This document shows, one piece after another, positions 1 through 13,540 of a DNA stretch of 64,000 nt. Below the pieces are notes generated by a model that was not told the DNA's origin, ran no database searches, and worked only from the letters and a program-made list of their open reading frames with translations. How positions within the stretch are numbered: the first letter of the stretch is position 1; each line of letters begins with the position of its first letter. The stretch lies in contig CM069147.1 in NCBI GenBank assembly GCA_035221665.1, positions 17,794,001 to 17,858,000 of the forward strand, given 5' to 3'. The DNA comes from Okamejei kenojei (lineage: Eukaryota). The translations under genes were made by a program, and so were the position numbers.

Positions 1-1313
1 TATACTGAGTCTTGGAAGCCCATCCAGTGCTTTGATCTGTTCCCCTGAAGGTACAGTGGTTGCATTAACAAGGCCTCATAGCTATGGAGCTGGAGCATGT
101 GGGTCTTTAAGGCAAGGTTTGCAGCACCTGGGATGCTGTAAGTGTTTTCTTAGCAGAATTTCCTGTTGAAGCTTTAGCCTGCAAAATTCATTTTAAAATG
201 TTCGCTTTTGTAAACATTCTGAGATAAAACATACAAAACCTTGCAAGATATAAGATTGAATATGAACTGAAGGCTGTGATTAATTTTTTTTATAGCATAA
301 TGTCCCTCATTTCATACATGCAGGGAGTGCATAATTAAACTCAGTAAAGGTATGGACTGGAATAACTTTTTTTTAATCAACTTGAATACCATGAAAGCAC
401 AGATTTTGGAAATTTGTTAAATAGACTCATAGAGAATTTGTATCTGGTGAACCAAGATTACTAGAACTTGATCCAAACTACAGAAATACTTATTGCCTAA
501 GATATCTTTCTGTGTTGCACCGTGTATAACACAGACACCCAACTAAATTTCCTACAAAATACATGGAATTGGTCAATGAAATGGGAGCTCTGGAGGTTTA
601 CATCCAGAATCGTGCACTAAAATGGAACTTGTACAGTTTCCGACCTAACACAATCTCTGACATTTGCCTGGAGACCTAAGAAGGGAATCAGCACTTGAAG
701 ACACACTCCCCTCGACAGACTTAGGGCAGCAACATGGATGCTGGCTACAATGCTGCAGAGAGACAAGTCCTAGGTCAAATGAAAGCAAGTTGGGGTTCTC
801 ATCAGAGAGAAAGTCTGGTGAGCCTGAGCCAAGGAGATACCAACCAGAGGTGGCTCCCCCTCCCCTATGGGAAACCCCACTCAGCAATAAACTCAGTGTC
901 CGCACTTGGCTTCTCCAGGCTGAACCGCACACCTCTGCAAACTGTCCCAGTGAGCCATTTCAGTAACTGGAACAGGGACTCATTCACTGATGTATCAACG
1001 GTCAGCACAGTGCTTCCAGAAAGGAGGGTGTGAGTAATTATAGGGCATCGACTGAGCTCATGCGATTAACTTCTGGTGATACTGGAATATCACGTTCTGA
1101 CTGACGTTGCTTGACTGACGTTGCATTAATGACGTTGCATTACGTCCAAGATGTTTTTCAAGAAGAGCAAACAGAATCACTCAAGGAGTCCCTTATTGTC
1201 GCATAGCCAGTGTCCTCCTGTCCTTTGGTGGCTTTCTGCTGGCACATACCTCAACACCGTCCATGCCCTCATGCTCCTGGTGTCCCTCAGCTCTCCGGCT
1301 GCTCTCCCTCATT

Positions 1314-1589
1314 CATCAGCGCCAGAGACTCAAGTTTGATCCTGAATATGGATGCTGTCTGTGTGGAGTTTGTACGTTCTCCCTGGGACGGTGTGGGTTT
1401 TCCCTGGTGCTCCGGTTTCCTCCAAAAAGGTTCAGGTTTGTAGGTTCATTGGCTATGGTAAAAATGGCAAATTGTTCCTAATGTGTAGGATGGGGATAGT
1501 GTGCGGCGATCGCTGGTTGGTGTGGATCCAATGGGCCGATGGGTCTGTTTCAATGCTGTATCTCTAAACTAAACTAAACGAAACTAAAG
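1314..1589 (+). mobile_element. V-SINE (HE1-like)
   Basis: V-domain gctgtctgtgtggagtttgtacgttctccc...ctccggtttcctcc and a (ctaaa)n tail. Confidence 0.8.
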
Positions 1590-2665
1590 TAATCTAAATC
1601 CTTTATCTAAACTACTCCTTTGTCTCATCATTCATGTGCCAGCTTTTTGATAAGCCTATCCAATCAGTGACACTGTGCAATCTCCCTGTGGTCCAGCTTT
1701 TTATTTCCCTTCCAGTAGAAATCCAATTCTCCCTTGAATCTTCCCGCAATCCGCATTCAGACAGTAAGATCCTGATCACAAAAAATTTGTCTCGTGAAAA
1801 AATTGTCGTGAAAAAACAACCCCACTGCTTGTTTTTTTTGCCAATAAAACAGATGGGTTGGTAAACATCAGCTGTCACCATAAACCATTCCAGGTCCAAA
1901 AGACAACCTTACTGAAATATCAAAAGTTGTTATTAATGGGAAAATTCCCTTTGGGCAAATTGATTATCCTAATTTGGTGAAATCACTAGAAAGGTTGCTA
2001 GATCATACAACCTGAACAATTGCCTGCAAAGCTGAAATGTGGCTTTTAATTGACCATTGACCATTGACCTTAAACACTCACAGTACTTGCTATATGCACA
2101 AAACCTGCATATTCATTTTTATGAACATATCTATTTTAATGGTCCTGTCCATTGTTTAATTGGATTTCCTTAAACGAACTTGTCATACTTCAATTCCCTG
2201 CTTTTATTTGATAATTTGATTTTCCACTGGGGTCCAGTTGAGTTAAACAAACCAGAAAATTGTCAATTAAAAGCCACATTTCAGCTTTTCAGGCAATTGT
2301 TCAGGTTGTATGATCTAGCAAAGCCAAAGGCACCTGCTAGGTTTCCTCATTGGATTAAAATTTAGACCTTTGCACAATTTAGCTTATTCCTCCTGTTGTA
2401 GTATTATCTGTATTTGCTCCATGAAGATGTGTATTGTACCTCTTAGTTTTAAAAGATGCATGATGTGGTATCATATATAATAGTCTTGAAATCCTTTTTT
2501 CTAAAGCACATTTTTAAAATATAAATTCCTTCCTGTTGTGGAAAGAATATATTGGTCATGGCCGATTTTCTAGCGATTTCACAAAATTAGGAGAATCAAT
2601 TTTCCCAAACGGAATTTTTCCATCAATAACAACTTTTGATGTTGGTTTTCTTTTTTTATTGATAA

Positions 2666-2920
2666 AAACAGGCCCTTCAGCTCAACAAGTTCACGATGAG
2701 CCTTGATCACATCCATTCACTCTGTTATCTATATTATCCCACTTTCTGATCCACTTCTTACACAGTGGGGGCAATTTGCAACAGCCAATTAACCTACAAA
2801 TCTTTGGGAGGTGGGAGGAAAGCGAAGCACCCAGATGAAACCAACACAGTCACAGGGAGAATATCTAAATTTCACTCAGCCAGCACCCGAGGTCACGATT
2901 GAATCTGGGTTTCTCTGGCA
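2666..2920 (-). mobile_element. V-SINE (HE1-like)
   Basis: Reverse-complement V-domain (gtgggaggaa...cacagggagaa). Confidence 0.75.
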
Positions 2921-5900
2921 TTTACATTTCATGGAATAGAACTGGTGGGATAATACATTTTGCTTTGAAGCAGAATCTTGACCCGAAACGTCACCTATTC
3001 CTTCTCTCCAGAGATGTGGCCTGTCCCGTTGAGTTACTCCAGCTTTTTGTGTCTATCTTCGGTTTAAACCAGTATCTGCAGTTCCTTCCTACATATTTCC
3101 CTTTGATCAATTATATGTATTAGGGTTGGCGAATCCAATAGTTCTTGCAGCAGACCCTTCAACCCACCAGATCCATGCCAATCTTCAAGTTCCTTGCCAC
3201 AATAATCCCATTTTCCAACACTTGTTCAGTAACCTTCTGTGCTTTGGCAGAATACAAATCTCTTGCACATCAACCAGAGCTCGTGTTGGGCGCAGGGGGC
3301 TTACTCACATGAACCAGAGGCCGGGGTCTAAACCTGCTGGTGACAGCGCGCACTGGGCCAGATTAAGCAGGGAAAGGGGATGTTACCAGGGTGGTGCCCG
3401 CAACACTGAACGTCTCAGAACTCTAGTAAACCCAGCCTGTAGAAGTATAAGGTATCTATACTTACCCTGGGCCAGGACTGCAGCCTGTCCTTGACATCAC
3501 CATGGCAATGGTCCTTGGGCCTCACCTTGTTGGGTATGGCTGCTGCCATTTCAACAGCCGTCATGAAGTGGATATCCCAGCCTGAGTCTGGCCTTTGCCA
3601 ACATGGTTCCTCCCTGAAAGCTAACAGCAAACTGGTCTCTCTCAGTCCCAGGTGACTCTCCTGAACCAGGTACAGATAGTGAAACCCGATCCCAGTTTCC
3701 CACAGTTAAACCCCACCCCAGTTTAAAGAGTGAAAAGACTCCTTTCAGAAAAAATGATTGGAACTTGGTTCTTGATGAACTTTAGCTTCACGAAATATAT
3801 GAGGAAGCTTTGTTCCAATGTTCCAGTTAACTCTGTGCCTATTTCTATTTCCCTCTATTTGTTCTGCACTGTCCCATGGAAATGGTTACTTCCTGCTGCT
3901 TTGACCTTCACGCACTTGCTGAGGTTGAGTTGCTTCCCTCACTAGTTCTCTGTCCCCGATGTCCGCTCAAGAACTCACTGGCTGTCGACTGTCTTTCTCA
4001 CATAATGTGCAAACAATGTAATTTGCTTAAACCTCAGTGAAGTTTGTGCAGTGATCTGTCAGTAAACACACCACTTCATTCCGTGGCTCATTCCATCCTA
4101 ATGTTGGATAATCTCTGATTTAGTACATAGTTAGATTTTTATTTGCTCCAATTTTTTCCAGAGGAATATGTCACTTAATTTTGCCTTCAAAGCATTTGAA
4201 AGTGATGTTTGGTGTAATTCCTCAATAAATGTCTGTTTGGCATTAGTCAAGAGGATGTGCTCCAGGCATCAAGTTCAAATTTCCCAAAGTACGGTGCAAT
4301 CCTTCACCATGCCTTCACTAACGGAGGATCAGCAGGGGCCTTTCTGGATTAGATTCTGCTGTATGGAAGGCAGCGAGGGTTTTTACGACAGCCTCTTTTA
4401 TCCCTCTCTTAATCTAATCTTCCAACTTTATTTCAAAGATTTTGTATGCACTTGTGAGTGTGTGTGCAAGTACACATATATGTGTGTATGAGAATGTGTG
4501 CACATGTGTGTGTGCGCTCACACGTGAATATATGCACGTGTGTGTGTATGTGAGCGTGTGAGTCTATGCACACATGGTTGTGTGCTAAAAATATTGATGA
4601 CAGCTTTTAACCTGTTGCTTTGAACCTTTTCCTCTGTATCTAAATGAATGCTGAGCAGCTGCGAGTCAAGCAAGAAATTCATGCCTTTGAAGTTCTCTGA
4701 CAACTTTGTTCAAAGCTTTCAAACCTGTAAAACTTCATGCCATTTTAACTTGAATTGCAACTATTACACCTGCATTAAATGTACAAATTAGTGAGGTCGA
4801 GGATCGCTGATCCACAAGAAGAGAAACTAAAGGGTTTACAATGGTGACCTTCCTTTGACTTTAGTTTGGACCTGATGGTGCAGCAGTGCAGATGAACATC
4901 TTGCTCAGCTCTGTGCAGGTTTCCCTCGGCATCTGAACCTGTTGCCCGGGGATGGTGGTGGAGGTGAGGTTCGAGGGAAAGCTGTAGTGTCGACGGGATC
5001 AATGTCTCAGGCTGCATTACTGGTGTCTCTCTGCTGATTGCCCTGGGCAACAGACCCAAAGATTGCTTTTAGCGCATCAGTAATTATGATCACCCTATAA
5101 CCAAGTTTAAAATTGCATGAATTTTTCCAGGTTTGAACAAAGTTGCCAAGGAGCAGTAAGGGGTGCAAACGGTACTGGACCATTTTACACGTGGAATGGT
5201 TATTAATTGATACAAGATGAGCGCTTCATCTAATGCTGCAATTGATGGAGATACCTTAGGTGTAGATGTATCCGTTTTTACCAGTCCATTCTCTTGGATG
5301 GTGGGACATTAGTCCAACCTCCTACTTGAGGATGGTGTGTCCTGCTATTCAAAGGAGATCATGTGTAAGATGTGTGAGAATCATGAGTGCAATAGAGTCA
5401 TAGAGAGTCATACACAATTAAAACAGGTCCTTCGGCCCAACTTGCCAATGCCGACCAAGATTTCCCATCTACACATGTTCCACCCGCTTGTGTTTGGCTC
5501 ATATCCCTCTAAACCTTGCCTGTCCATGTACCTGTTCAAATGTTGTTATAATAAATGCCTTAGCTACCTCCCCTGCAAGCTTATTCCATATGCCCACAAC
5601 CCTCTGTGTGACCCACAATCCACTTAATCTCCATTTAATCAGGTCCCTGCGCAGGGACTGTGGGCAAGAATTACACTGGGAAAGTGCAAGGACAGAGAGC
5701 TAGTGCACTGGTGTGAGTGAAGCTATTATAACGATGGATCATTTTCAGCACCCTTGCACAGTGTAGCCAAATAAATATTTTTGAAAGTGTAGTCACTATT
5801 ATAATGTAGCGTATTATCTGCTGCTCTCCAAGAGGTCTGTTCCCCTCCATTCTGTCCCCTTTGCACTGCATCAGATATATTTACAACACCATTGGCGACT

Positions 5901-6584
5901 GTGCCTTCAGCTGCTTAAGGGTCAGGTGTAAGAGATTCATTCGCCCCTTAACCTGCCTACTGTCCTCACGCTGTCTCCTCCTTTCAGACACCCACCTCGT
6001 TAACCAAGTCAGTCCTGCACAATTCCACAGTCCTGCTCAATGTTAAGTGCTGCTGGGTAACCTTCCCTATAACTGTCTTGTTATCTTACATAGAACATAG
6101 AGTAGTACAATAAAGGACCAGGCCCTTTGGCCCACCACGTCTGTTCTAAAACAGATGCCAAGATAATCTCAGTTTGTACGCAATTCATATCCCACCATTC
6201 CCTGCATATTTATCTGCCTATCAGTAGAACAACTGACACATACACAAAGTAAAAATCCAACAGGTTTATTGGCATGTAATAAAGTTACAGAGCATGTTGG
6301 CATCACTGTGTCTGCATCACGACTGGCAGCTTGTGTCAGGAGCCGTTAGTATGAATGGTACCGGTATGATGAAAACATTCTTAAATGCCACTTTCGCATC
6401 TGCCTCTGCTGCTACCACTGGCAGTATTAAAGATGCTAACAAATATACATTTTTGTTGCTGTCTGCAAGTCCAACCAGTCCATCCTGAGCTGCTTTGGTC
6501 TTCTTTCTACACTGACTGTTGTACCCAACACAGTTATGCTGTATAATATTATTATAATATATCATTATATTACATATTATAGTA

Positions 6585-6878
6585 GGACAGCATTGTGGCG
6601 CAGCTGGTAGAGCTGCTACTCTTACAACAGAGACCCGGGTTCAATCTTGTCCTCGGTTGCTGTCTGTGTGGAGTTTGCACCTTCTCTCTGTGACTGCTGG
6701 GTGCTCCAGTTTCCTCCCACATCTTAAAGACGTGCAGATTAATTAGCCTCTGTAAATTGCCCCTAGTGTATAACGAGTGGATGTGAAAGTGGGATAACAT
6801 AGAACTAGTGTGAACGGGTGATCGATGATCATAGTGGACCTGGTCGTCCAAAGGGCCTGTTTACATGCTGTACCTCTA
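6585..6878 (+). mobile_element. tRNA-derived V-SINE (HE1-like), near full length
   Basis: A box tggcgcagctgg, B box gggttcaatc, V-domain ctgtgtggagtttgca...gtttcctcccacatc, and a LINE-like tail aagggcctgtt..atgctgta. Confidence 0.85.
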
Positions 6879-7822
6879 AGTTAACAACATCTTCTGAAAA
6901 TTGGGACCAGAGAGGCCTCTGTTTTACTCTACAATTTGTTTTCAAGTTCACTGTTGATTGATGCCAGAGATGACAAGCCTTTAGTTTACACAAGAATCAT
7001 TTGATGGAAAATTCATATTATCAAGTAATCCAGTGATTAGCTGGAGTTTGCTGTATCGGAAGATGAACTCAGGATAGTTGCCGGGAGTGTGTAAGTGGCG
7101 GGGGGGGGGGGGGGAGGGGGTCACGGGGTTTGTCTTCACTGCTCCCATTTTCTCTCACGTTTCCGTGTGATCTTTGAGTGTTTCTCTCATTCTTACAGTG
7201 GACCTGGTGGACCAGCCCATTGTTCCCACTTTGTAACAGACATTTACAACATTCACAACATTGTGGCTACAATAGATCTCCTATTAAATCATGGTTAGAC
7301 TCTTTCTACCTGCAAATGAACAAACATTCACAATACGGCCTGTGGTTGATGCTAGTCCTTATGGACCAGCAGGTCCAAGATTGATCTTGAGTTAGTGGTG
7401 TTCCTTCTGGAGGTTTGTTCTAACTGCCACCTGGGTCATAATTCTCTTGTCTGGCTCTTTGTGGATGAGTTCTGGAGGGTTACCTCCAATCATTGGAACA
7501 ACCCTAGCTGAGCTTGTTGAAGAGCATTGGCATAATGTGGGCAGACAAGGAACTGCAGATGCTGAAATTCTGAGTAAAATACAAAGTGTTGGAATAATTC
7601 AGTAGGTAGGGCAGCATCTGTGGAGGGAAATGGATAAGTGACGTGTCAGGTGGGGACCCTTCTTCAGATCGACAAGCATCATGGGATTGGCTTGTTGCTC
7701 TTCCTTCCCACGGCCAAGTGAGATCGGTGCTGTGGTTTCCCACAGTGTGATTGACTTTTTGCTCCCCCTTGCTGATCCACTTTGTTGCTGTCTCTCTCTG
7801 ACGGGTTTTTCTTTCTCCCCAG

Positions 7823-7983
7823 GCTGATGCCAAGATGGTGTGCGATGTCGTGGGCCGAATGGAGGACACGGAACCATTCTCCCCGGAGCTGCTGAGCGCC
7901 ATGAAGCGACTCTGGGCCGATTCCGGGATGGTGGAATGCTTCAGCCGCGCCCGTGAATACCAGCTCAATGACTCGGCGCAATA
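7823..7983 (+). CDS. GNAO1: G protein G(o) subunit alpha, common exon 4 (161 bp)
   Basis: Acceptor tttttctttctccccAG and donor GTgagt. Translates [53 protein letters not shown](Y), the helical domain of Gao. Length and phases (0/2) match vertebrate GNAO1 exon 4. Confidence 0.97.
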
Positions 7984-10299
7984 GTGAGTGCACTCTCAAT
8001 GTGTGTGTCACCTTTGATCGGGGATGTGTGGGATACTGTGCTGGGTCAAAGCAATGTTGAGCCTGTCGTGCACAAGCAGAGTGAGGTGCAATGTCGATTG
8101 TCGTGCACAATACTGTCAATATGGTCACGCACAAGTACAGGGCGATATGATGCAAATCATGCTTGCAGCAACATCACAGGAACACAGACCCAGACAACGC
8201 ACAAAAATATTAGTGATACTTAAAAATTCTACAAGAGAGTAAAAAGGAAAAAAGACTGTGCAGAAAAACAAGACAGAATTAGAAAGTGCCGTTAGCATCA
8301 TACCCAGAGAATGAAGATACTTCATCCCACTAAGGCAACTTCGCCCTCACATCACAACATGGGAAGCATGGAAAAGCGAGGAATCATTAAAAGGAGATGT
8401 GAGGGGTCCCACCCAGGCTGGAGGAACTTGGTAATAAAATCAATGGAAAGTTTTAGTTAAGAGGTCAGGAACTTTTGAGGAGCTGACAGGCACGTGTGGC
8501 CAGAGACCGCAGTGGTTTTAGGAGTCGACGCGGAGTACCATAAGGGAACCCCGTTGGCTCGCATGGGAATGGAAGTGTTGACGGTCATTTCATGAGCAGG
8601 GGGGCTGGAGTGATGGCAGGAACATAACGGCAGAGACTTGAGGGAGGCTCACGAGGACTGCACCCCGTCAACAGAGTGCAGAGATGGCAAATGGAATGGA
8701 TTCAAGCTAAAACTGAATGTCCTCACCTCTCCCCCTCATTGAGACCAGAGTTCAATTCACATACAGGGGGAAGGAGTGGGTGATGGAGTAAGCGTGGAGA
8801 AGTGAGGACCTTCTGGTCGCAAGGCTCAGGGCACTTGCCCGGCTGGAATTTGGAGGACGTGACTGTTGCAAGGTCGTTGGTGGGAATTGTGTCCAGCGGA
8901 ATTCCTGAACTGTTGTATTGTAGATGGAAAGGCATGGAGTATGAGGAGGGGAGAAACTTTTGCAGCATTTCAGAAATAAATTCAAGCAATATTGTGCAGC
9001 TGCAGAGTTAGAATGGAAGTGCTGGGTCGCTGTGTGTTGTACCGTGCATTAAGTCAAGGACTTTTGCTGATAGAATATAGAGCAGTTCAAATAACGGAGC
9101 ATAAGAGTCATTAAAGGGCATTCTAGACAGGGGATACCCCGAGCCTACAGGTTAGAGTTATACAGACCCTCAGCAGCCTCCAGCAGAACTGGGAGATTGC
9201 ATGGGTGCTCAGACGAGGGAATAGATGGTGTGTTTGTAATTAATTTGTAAAAGGAGCTGAATAGGTGAAAGCAACAACCTGTAGAATGCTGGTAACCAGC
9301 AGAGGGATCCCAATCAAAGAGAAGTGGGGAGAAGATACGCAGTGGGAAGATTTTAGAAATGCGAAACTGTCCACTATAACTCCAGAATTCTGGACCTGTG
9401 GCTACAATAATGCAAGGCTTTGGGGCCTGGTGACATCTCGGTTCAATCTCATTCCTGGTTTTCACCATTCACTTGTGTTTAGTGGTGACATTTACAGCCG
9501 TTTCGTATTTGCTGTCGAAGAGGCAAATCTAGGAAACACGGCGCTCTTAAATCAAACTCCAAATCAATCACAAGTGGTTCTTGACCTTCTGTGACGGTAA
9601 AACAGGCGACTATGAGTGGGCAGCCATTTGGTATCTCTTCCATTTGTAGGCAGTGATGCAAAATGGGTCAGAGCCTAGTTGTCGTCCAGTGTGTCTGGGA
9701 TTGGCTTGTCAGCCTCCTGCAGTGTCCGGGTGTTGCCACCAGATGTATCTGCTGAGCTGCGATAGTGGTGTGGGGGACTCTGCTGGCAGAAGTTTAGTCC
9801 TGCAACGCCACTTCTCTCATTTTCAACTACTCACCAGCCTCAGAAGCAAAATACTGCGGAAACTGGAAATATTAACTGAAAATAAGAAGTGCTAGAAATA
9901 CTCCACAGTTCAGGAAACACACACACCCAGGGGGAGAGCGTTAACATTCGCCAGATTCTGATGAAAGATTATTGACCCAAAACATCAACTCTGGTTAAAA
10001 ATAGTTAAAATAAACTCCTGCTGCAATAATCGCATTGCAGGGGCTCCAGTTTGTGCTTTAGTTACTGAGTGCAAAAGTGGAACAGATGTGCTCTGATGAT
10101 GTCATCTAACAGGATCCCCCGCAACACTGTTGACAAGCGCTGGCGTTGAGGGCATGCAGTCAGTTTGTGGGTTTATTTTCTTAATTATATCGTAGATTCT
10201 TCATGTTTGCTCTGTTTAACAATTCCACTCAGATTACGTGTAACTTTGTGTTAATCTGGGCCTCAGCATGTGATGAGGCTGGAATACATCCCAAGGAGC

Positions 10300-10815
10300 C
10301 ACAAGAGACAGCAGATGCTGGAATCTTGATCAATGCACAAAGTGCTGGAGGAACTATGTGGGTCAGGCGGCATCTGTGGAGGGAATGAATAGGCAATGTT
10401 TCAGATCAAGACCCTTGTTAAGGTGTGAAGGTGTGAAGGACGGTCCCAACCCAAAACATCACCTGTCCATTCTGTCCAGAGATGCTACCTGAATTCCTCA
10501 GACACTTTGTGTATGGATCAAAAATTTCCTTTTGCTGTAGAAGAGTCAAATCTAGGAAACACTACGCTCTAAATCAAACTCTAAATCAACCACCGAAGAT
10601 AGACAGAAAATGCTGAGTAAATCAGAGGGTATCTCTGGAGAAATGGAATAGGTGACGTTTCAGATCAGAACCCATTTGGGTCGGAAAGCAAGAAGGGTCC
10701 CAACCCAAAACGTCACCTATTCCTTTTCTCCAGAAATGCTGCCTGACCTACTGAGTTACTTCAGCACTTAGTGATTATCTTCAGTATAAAGCAGCATCTG
10801 CCGTTCCTTCGTACA
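10300..10815. mobile_element. Two adjacent PLE-derived inverted dimers (10300-10513; 10595-10815)
   Basis: Each has a minus-strand pLTR end followed by a plus-strand pLTR end. Other short copies occur at about 2965-3093, 7545-7668, 9840-9995, 15300-15420, 21555-21690, 22535-22670, 31785-31893, 33145-33237, 38620-38830, 43770-43855, 47190-47290, 53955-54120 and 54498-54622. Confidence 0.7.
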
Positions 10816-11359
10816 CCACTGGACAGGGAGACACGCAAGTCGCTCATCAAGGTTGCGGCTCCATTGGACACTGTGACACACCCACCAAGCAATGCCGAGT
10901 GCATGAAGTCGTTGTACTCAGCCACTGAGCTGGCCTGTAACATTGAGGCTTGAAAGCGGATTTTTTTTAATTATTAATTCAAGGGATGTGAGTTTCACAG
11001 GCGAAGCCAGCATTGAATGGTCCATCAATATTTGCCCTTGGGAAGGTGAAGGTGAGCTGCTTTCTTGAACCGCTGCAATCGTTGAGGTGTGGATACACAC
11101 ACAATGCTGCCAGGGAGAGAGTTACAGGACTTTGACACAGTGATAGTGAAGGAAAGGTCATGTGTTTCCGAGTCAGGATGGTTTGCGGCTTGGAGGGCAA
11201 CTTCCAGGTGATGTTGTTCCCATTCTTTTACTGCACCCTTGTTTCACTAGCTGGCAGTGGGTTTAGAAGGTGCTGTGAACTAATCCAAACACTCACCAGG
11301 CCCATATCACCCAGAGCTAAGGATCTTATATCACATATTTGCTGAATTTTACCTGTTAT

Positions 11360-11662
11360 ACTTTAGAAATACAGCGTGGAAACAGGGCCTTCGGTCCACC
11401 AAGTCCATGCTGACCAATGTTTACCCGTACAGTAGTTCTATACTACACACTAGGGATAATTTTACCGAAGCCAATTAACCTATAAGTAGGTTTACAACCT
11501 GTACGTCTTTGAAGTGTGGGAGGAAACTGTAGCATCCGGAGAAACCCACGCGGTCACAGGCAGAACGCACAATCTCCATACAGACAGCCCCCATAGTCAG
11601 GATTGAACCCGGGTCTCTAGTACTTTAAGGCAGCAATCTACTGCTGTGTCACTGTGCCTCCC
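11360..11662 (-). mobile_element. V-SINE (HE1-like)
   Basis: Reverse-complement V-domain and tRNA head (gattgaacccgggtc...cactgtgcc). Confidence 0.8.
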
Positions 11663-11839
11663 TAATAGTAACGAGAGTTTCGCATCTCTCTGGTTCTCAA
11701 GGTTAATAGGGGTGCCGGTGGAATGGATAGGTTGAATTCTTTAAATGTGTAGTTTGTCTAAAGCGGTGAATACACAGAGTAACAGCTATAAAAGCACCCA
11801 TGGATCACCCAATATGGACTGCCCGTAGTGAACCAATGG

Positions 11840-12456
11840 CCAAGAAAGCACACCAACTCCTCTACTTCCTTAGAAGGCTTAGGAAGTTTGGCATGTCCCC
11901 AACAACTCTCACCAACTTCTACAGATGTGCCGTATAAAGTATTTTATTGGGAAGCATCACAGCTTGGTTTGGGGACAGCTCCACCCAAGACCGCAAGAAA
12001 GTCACACAAACCAATCTCCCTTCCATTGATTCCATTTATACCTCACATTTCCTCGGCAAGCCCACCAACATAATCAAGGAGAAGCAGCACCCTAGCCACT
12101 CCCTCATCTCCCCTCTCCCATCGGGCAAAAGAAGTGTGAAAATGCACACCTCCAGATTCAAGGACAGTAACGTCCCAGCTGTTATCAGGGAACTGAACCA
12201 TCCTACCCCAACTAGAGTGCAGTCCTGAATTATATCTACCTCATTGGAGACCTCAAACTATCTTTGATTAGACATGACTGGCTTTATCTTGAACTAAACG
12301 TTATTCAAGTTATTCCCTTTATCATGTGTTTGTACTCTCTGGATGGCTCAATTGTAATCATGTATTGTCTTTCCGCTGGCATCTCTGTGGTTAGCACACA
12401 ACAAAAGCTTTTCACTGTACCACGGTACACGTGACAATAAACTAAACTCAAACTCA
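11840..12456 (+). mobile_element. Rex1/Babar-type LINE 3' fragment
   Basis: YFLRRLRKFGMSPTTLTNFYRCAV*SILLGSITAWFG...HPSHSLISPLPSGKR..TSRFKDS, ending in a tandem tail (aaactaaactcaaactca). Related 3' tails at ~8095-8270, 23700-23975 and 33515-33790 (-), and 43140-43290 (+). Confidence 0.8.
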
Positions 12457-12919
12457 GAAAACCTTGAGGCTCTTAAGTTCTAAGGGATATTTCCTGCTTC
12501 CATGTTGTAGCCTGCAAAACCCCTGAGCTTTGGTTCCAATGGCTGAGATCTTGTCAAGCAACAGGATCCAGGCACTCTGAGGTTTTCATTCACCTTCCTT
12601 TAAATGACAGACCAACATTGGCACGCACCCCGACCCCTGACCTCCGAATCGGCCTGGCTTCTCCTCCCATCCTGGTTCAAGGTTGTCCAACATCAGACCA
12701 GGCCTGACCCAGACCCAGCCCTCTCGGCTGTTAAGCACCCCCTTCCCAGGTCCTGACTGAGCACTGTGAGTCCACAGTCCACCCTCCCCGTACCAATGGC
12801 AGGAATATGGGGAGAACAGGCGAAGGAGAAAACAGATGGAGTTATGGAAAAAGTGATGTCAGCCAGCAGAGACACGACGCGGTGAAATTACTTTAACTTT
12901 GTGAGAACATTTGGAAATG

Positions 12920-13143
12920 GCCATCCCAGTTTCCTTTATCATCGTTACTTTTTTGCTTTCATTCATTATTTGTTATCTCTCTACATCATCGTCTATATCT
13001 CTTGTTTCCCTTCCCGCGACTTTCAGTCTGAAGAAGGGTCTCGACCCGAAGAGTCACCCATTCCTTCTCTCCAGAGATGCTGCCTGTCCCGCTTTTTGTG
13101 TCTATTTCATTTTAAACCACGCATCTGCAGTTCCTTCCTACAC
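12920..13143 (+). mobile_element. Penelope-like pLTR fragment
   Basis: ctttatcatcgttacttttttgc...cagtctgaagaagggtctcgacccgaagagtcacc...catctgcagttccttcctaca. Confidence 0.78.
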
Positions 13144-13224
13144 ATCCCAGATGGGTATTCCTTTCTACCCAGAGGATAAGCAAACAAGAAGCACTTCAGT
13201 AGAAGGACACAGGCACATCGTAAC

Positions 13225-13540
13225 TCTGCAGAGAAACAGGCCCATTGATTCTGCGCTGACTATCATCTGCCCATTTACACCAATCCCATATTGTCCTCCC
13301 CACATTCCCACCAACTCCCCCCAGATTCCACCTTCTCCCCCCAGATACCACCTCCCACACACTGGCGGCAACTAGATGACCAACCTCCACGGCTTTAGGG
13401 TGTGGGCGGGAAGTGAAGCACCCCGAGGAAATCCATCTGATTACAGAGAGAACGTGTAATCTCCACTCATACGGCACCAGAGGTTAGGTTGCTGGAGCTG
13501 TTAGACAGCAGCTCTACCGCTGAGCTACTGTGCTGTCTGC
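13225..13540 (-). mobile_element. V-SINE (HE1-like)
   Basis: Reverse-complement V-domain and head (cagcagctctaccgctgagctactgtgctg). Confidence 0.72.

Noticed and set aside
645-1033. Three overlapping ~95-100 aa ORFs near the window start
   Set aside because: They show no similarity to GNAO1 exon 3 or any family I recognise. Moderately GC-rich sequence explains the lack of stops.
6585-6660. tRNA-like A/B boxes (also at 21055 and 59061)
   Set aside because: These are SINE heads that continue into the SINE body and do not form a complete cloverleaf.
7100-7120. Poly-G run (and poly-C at ~17982-17995; CA/GT microsatellites at ~4455-4580, 40365-40400 and 49275-49320)
   Set aside because: Common simple repeats. 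G-quadruplex potential alone is not evidence of function.
7504-8155. Two antisense ORFs of 154 and 158 aa
   Set aside because: They are shadow ORFs of GC-rich exon 4 that run into PLE and Rex1 repeat sequence. No protein family is recognisable.
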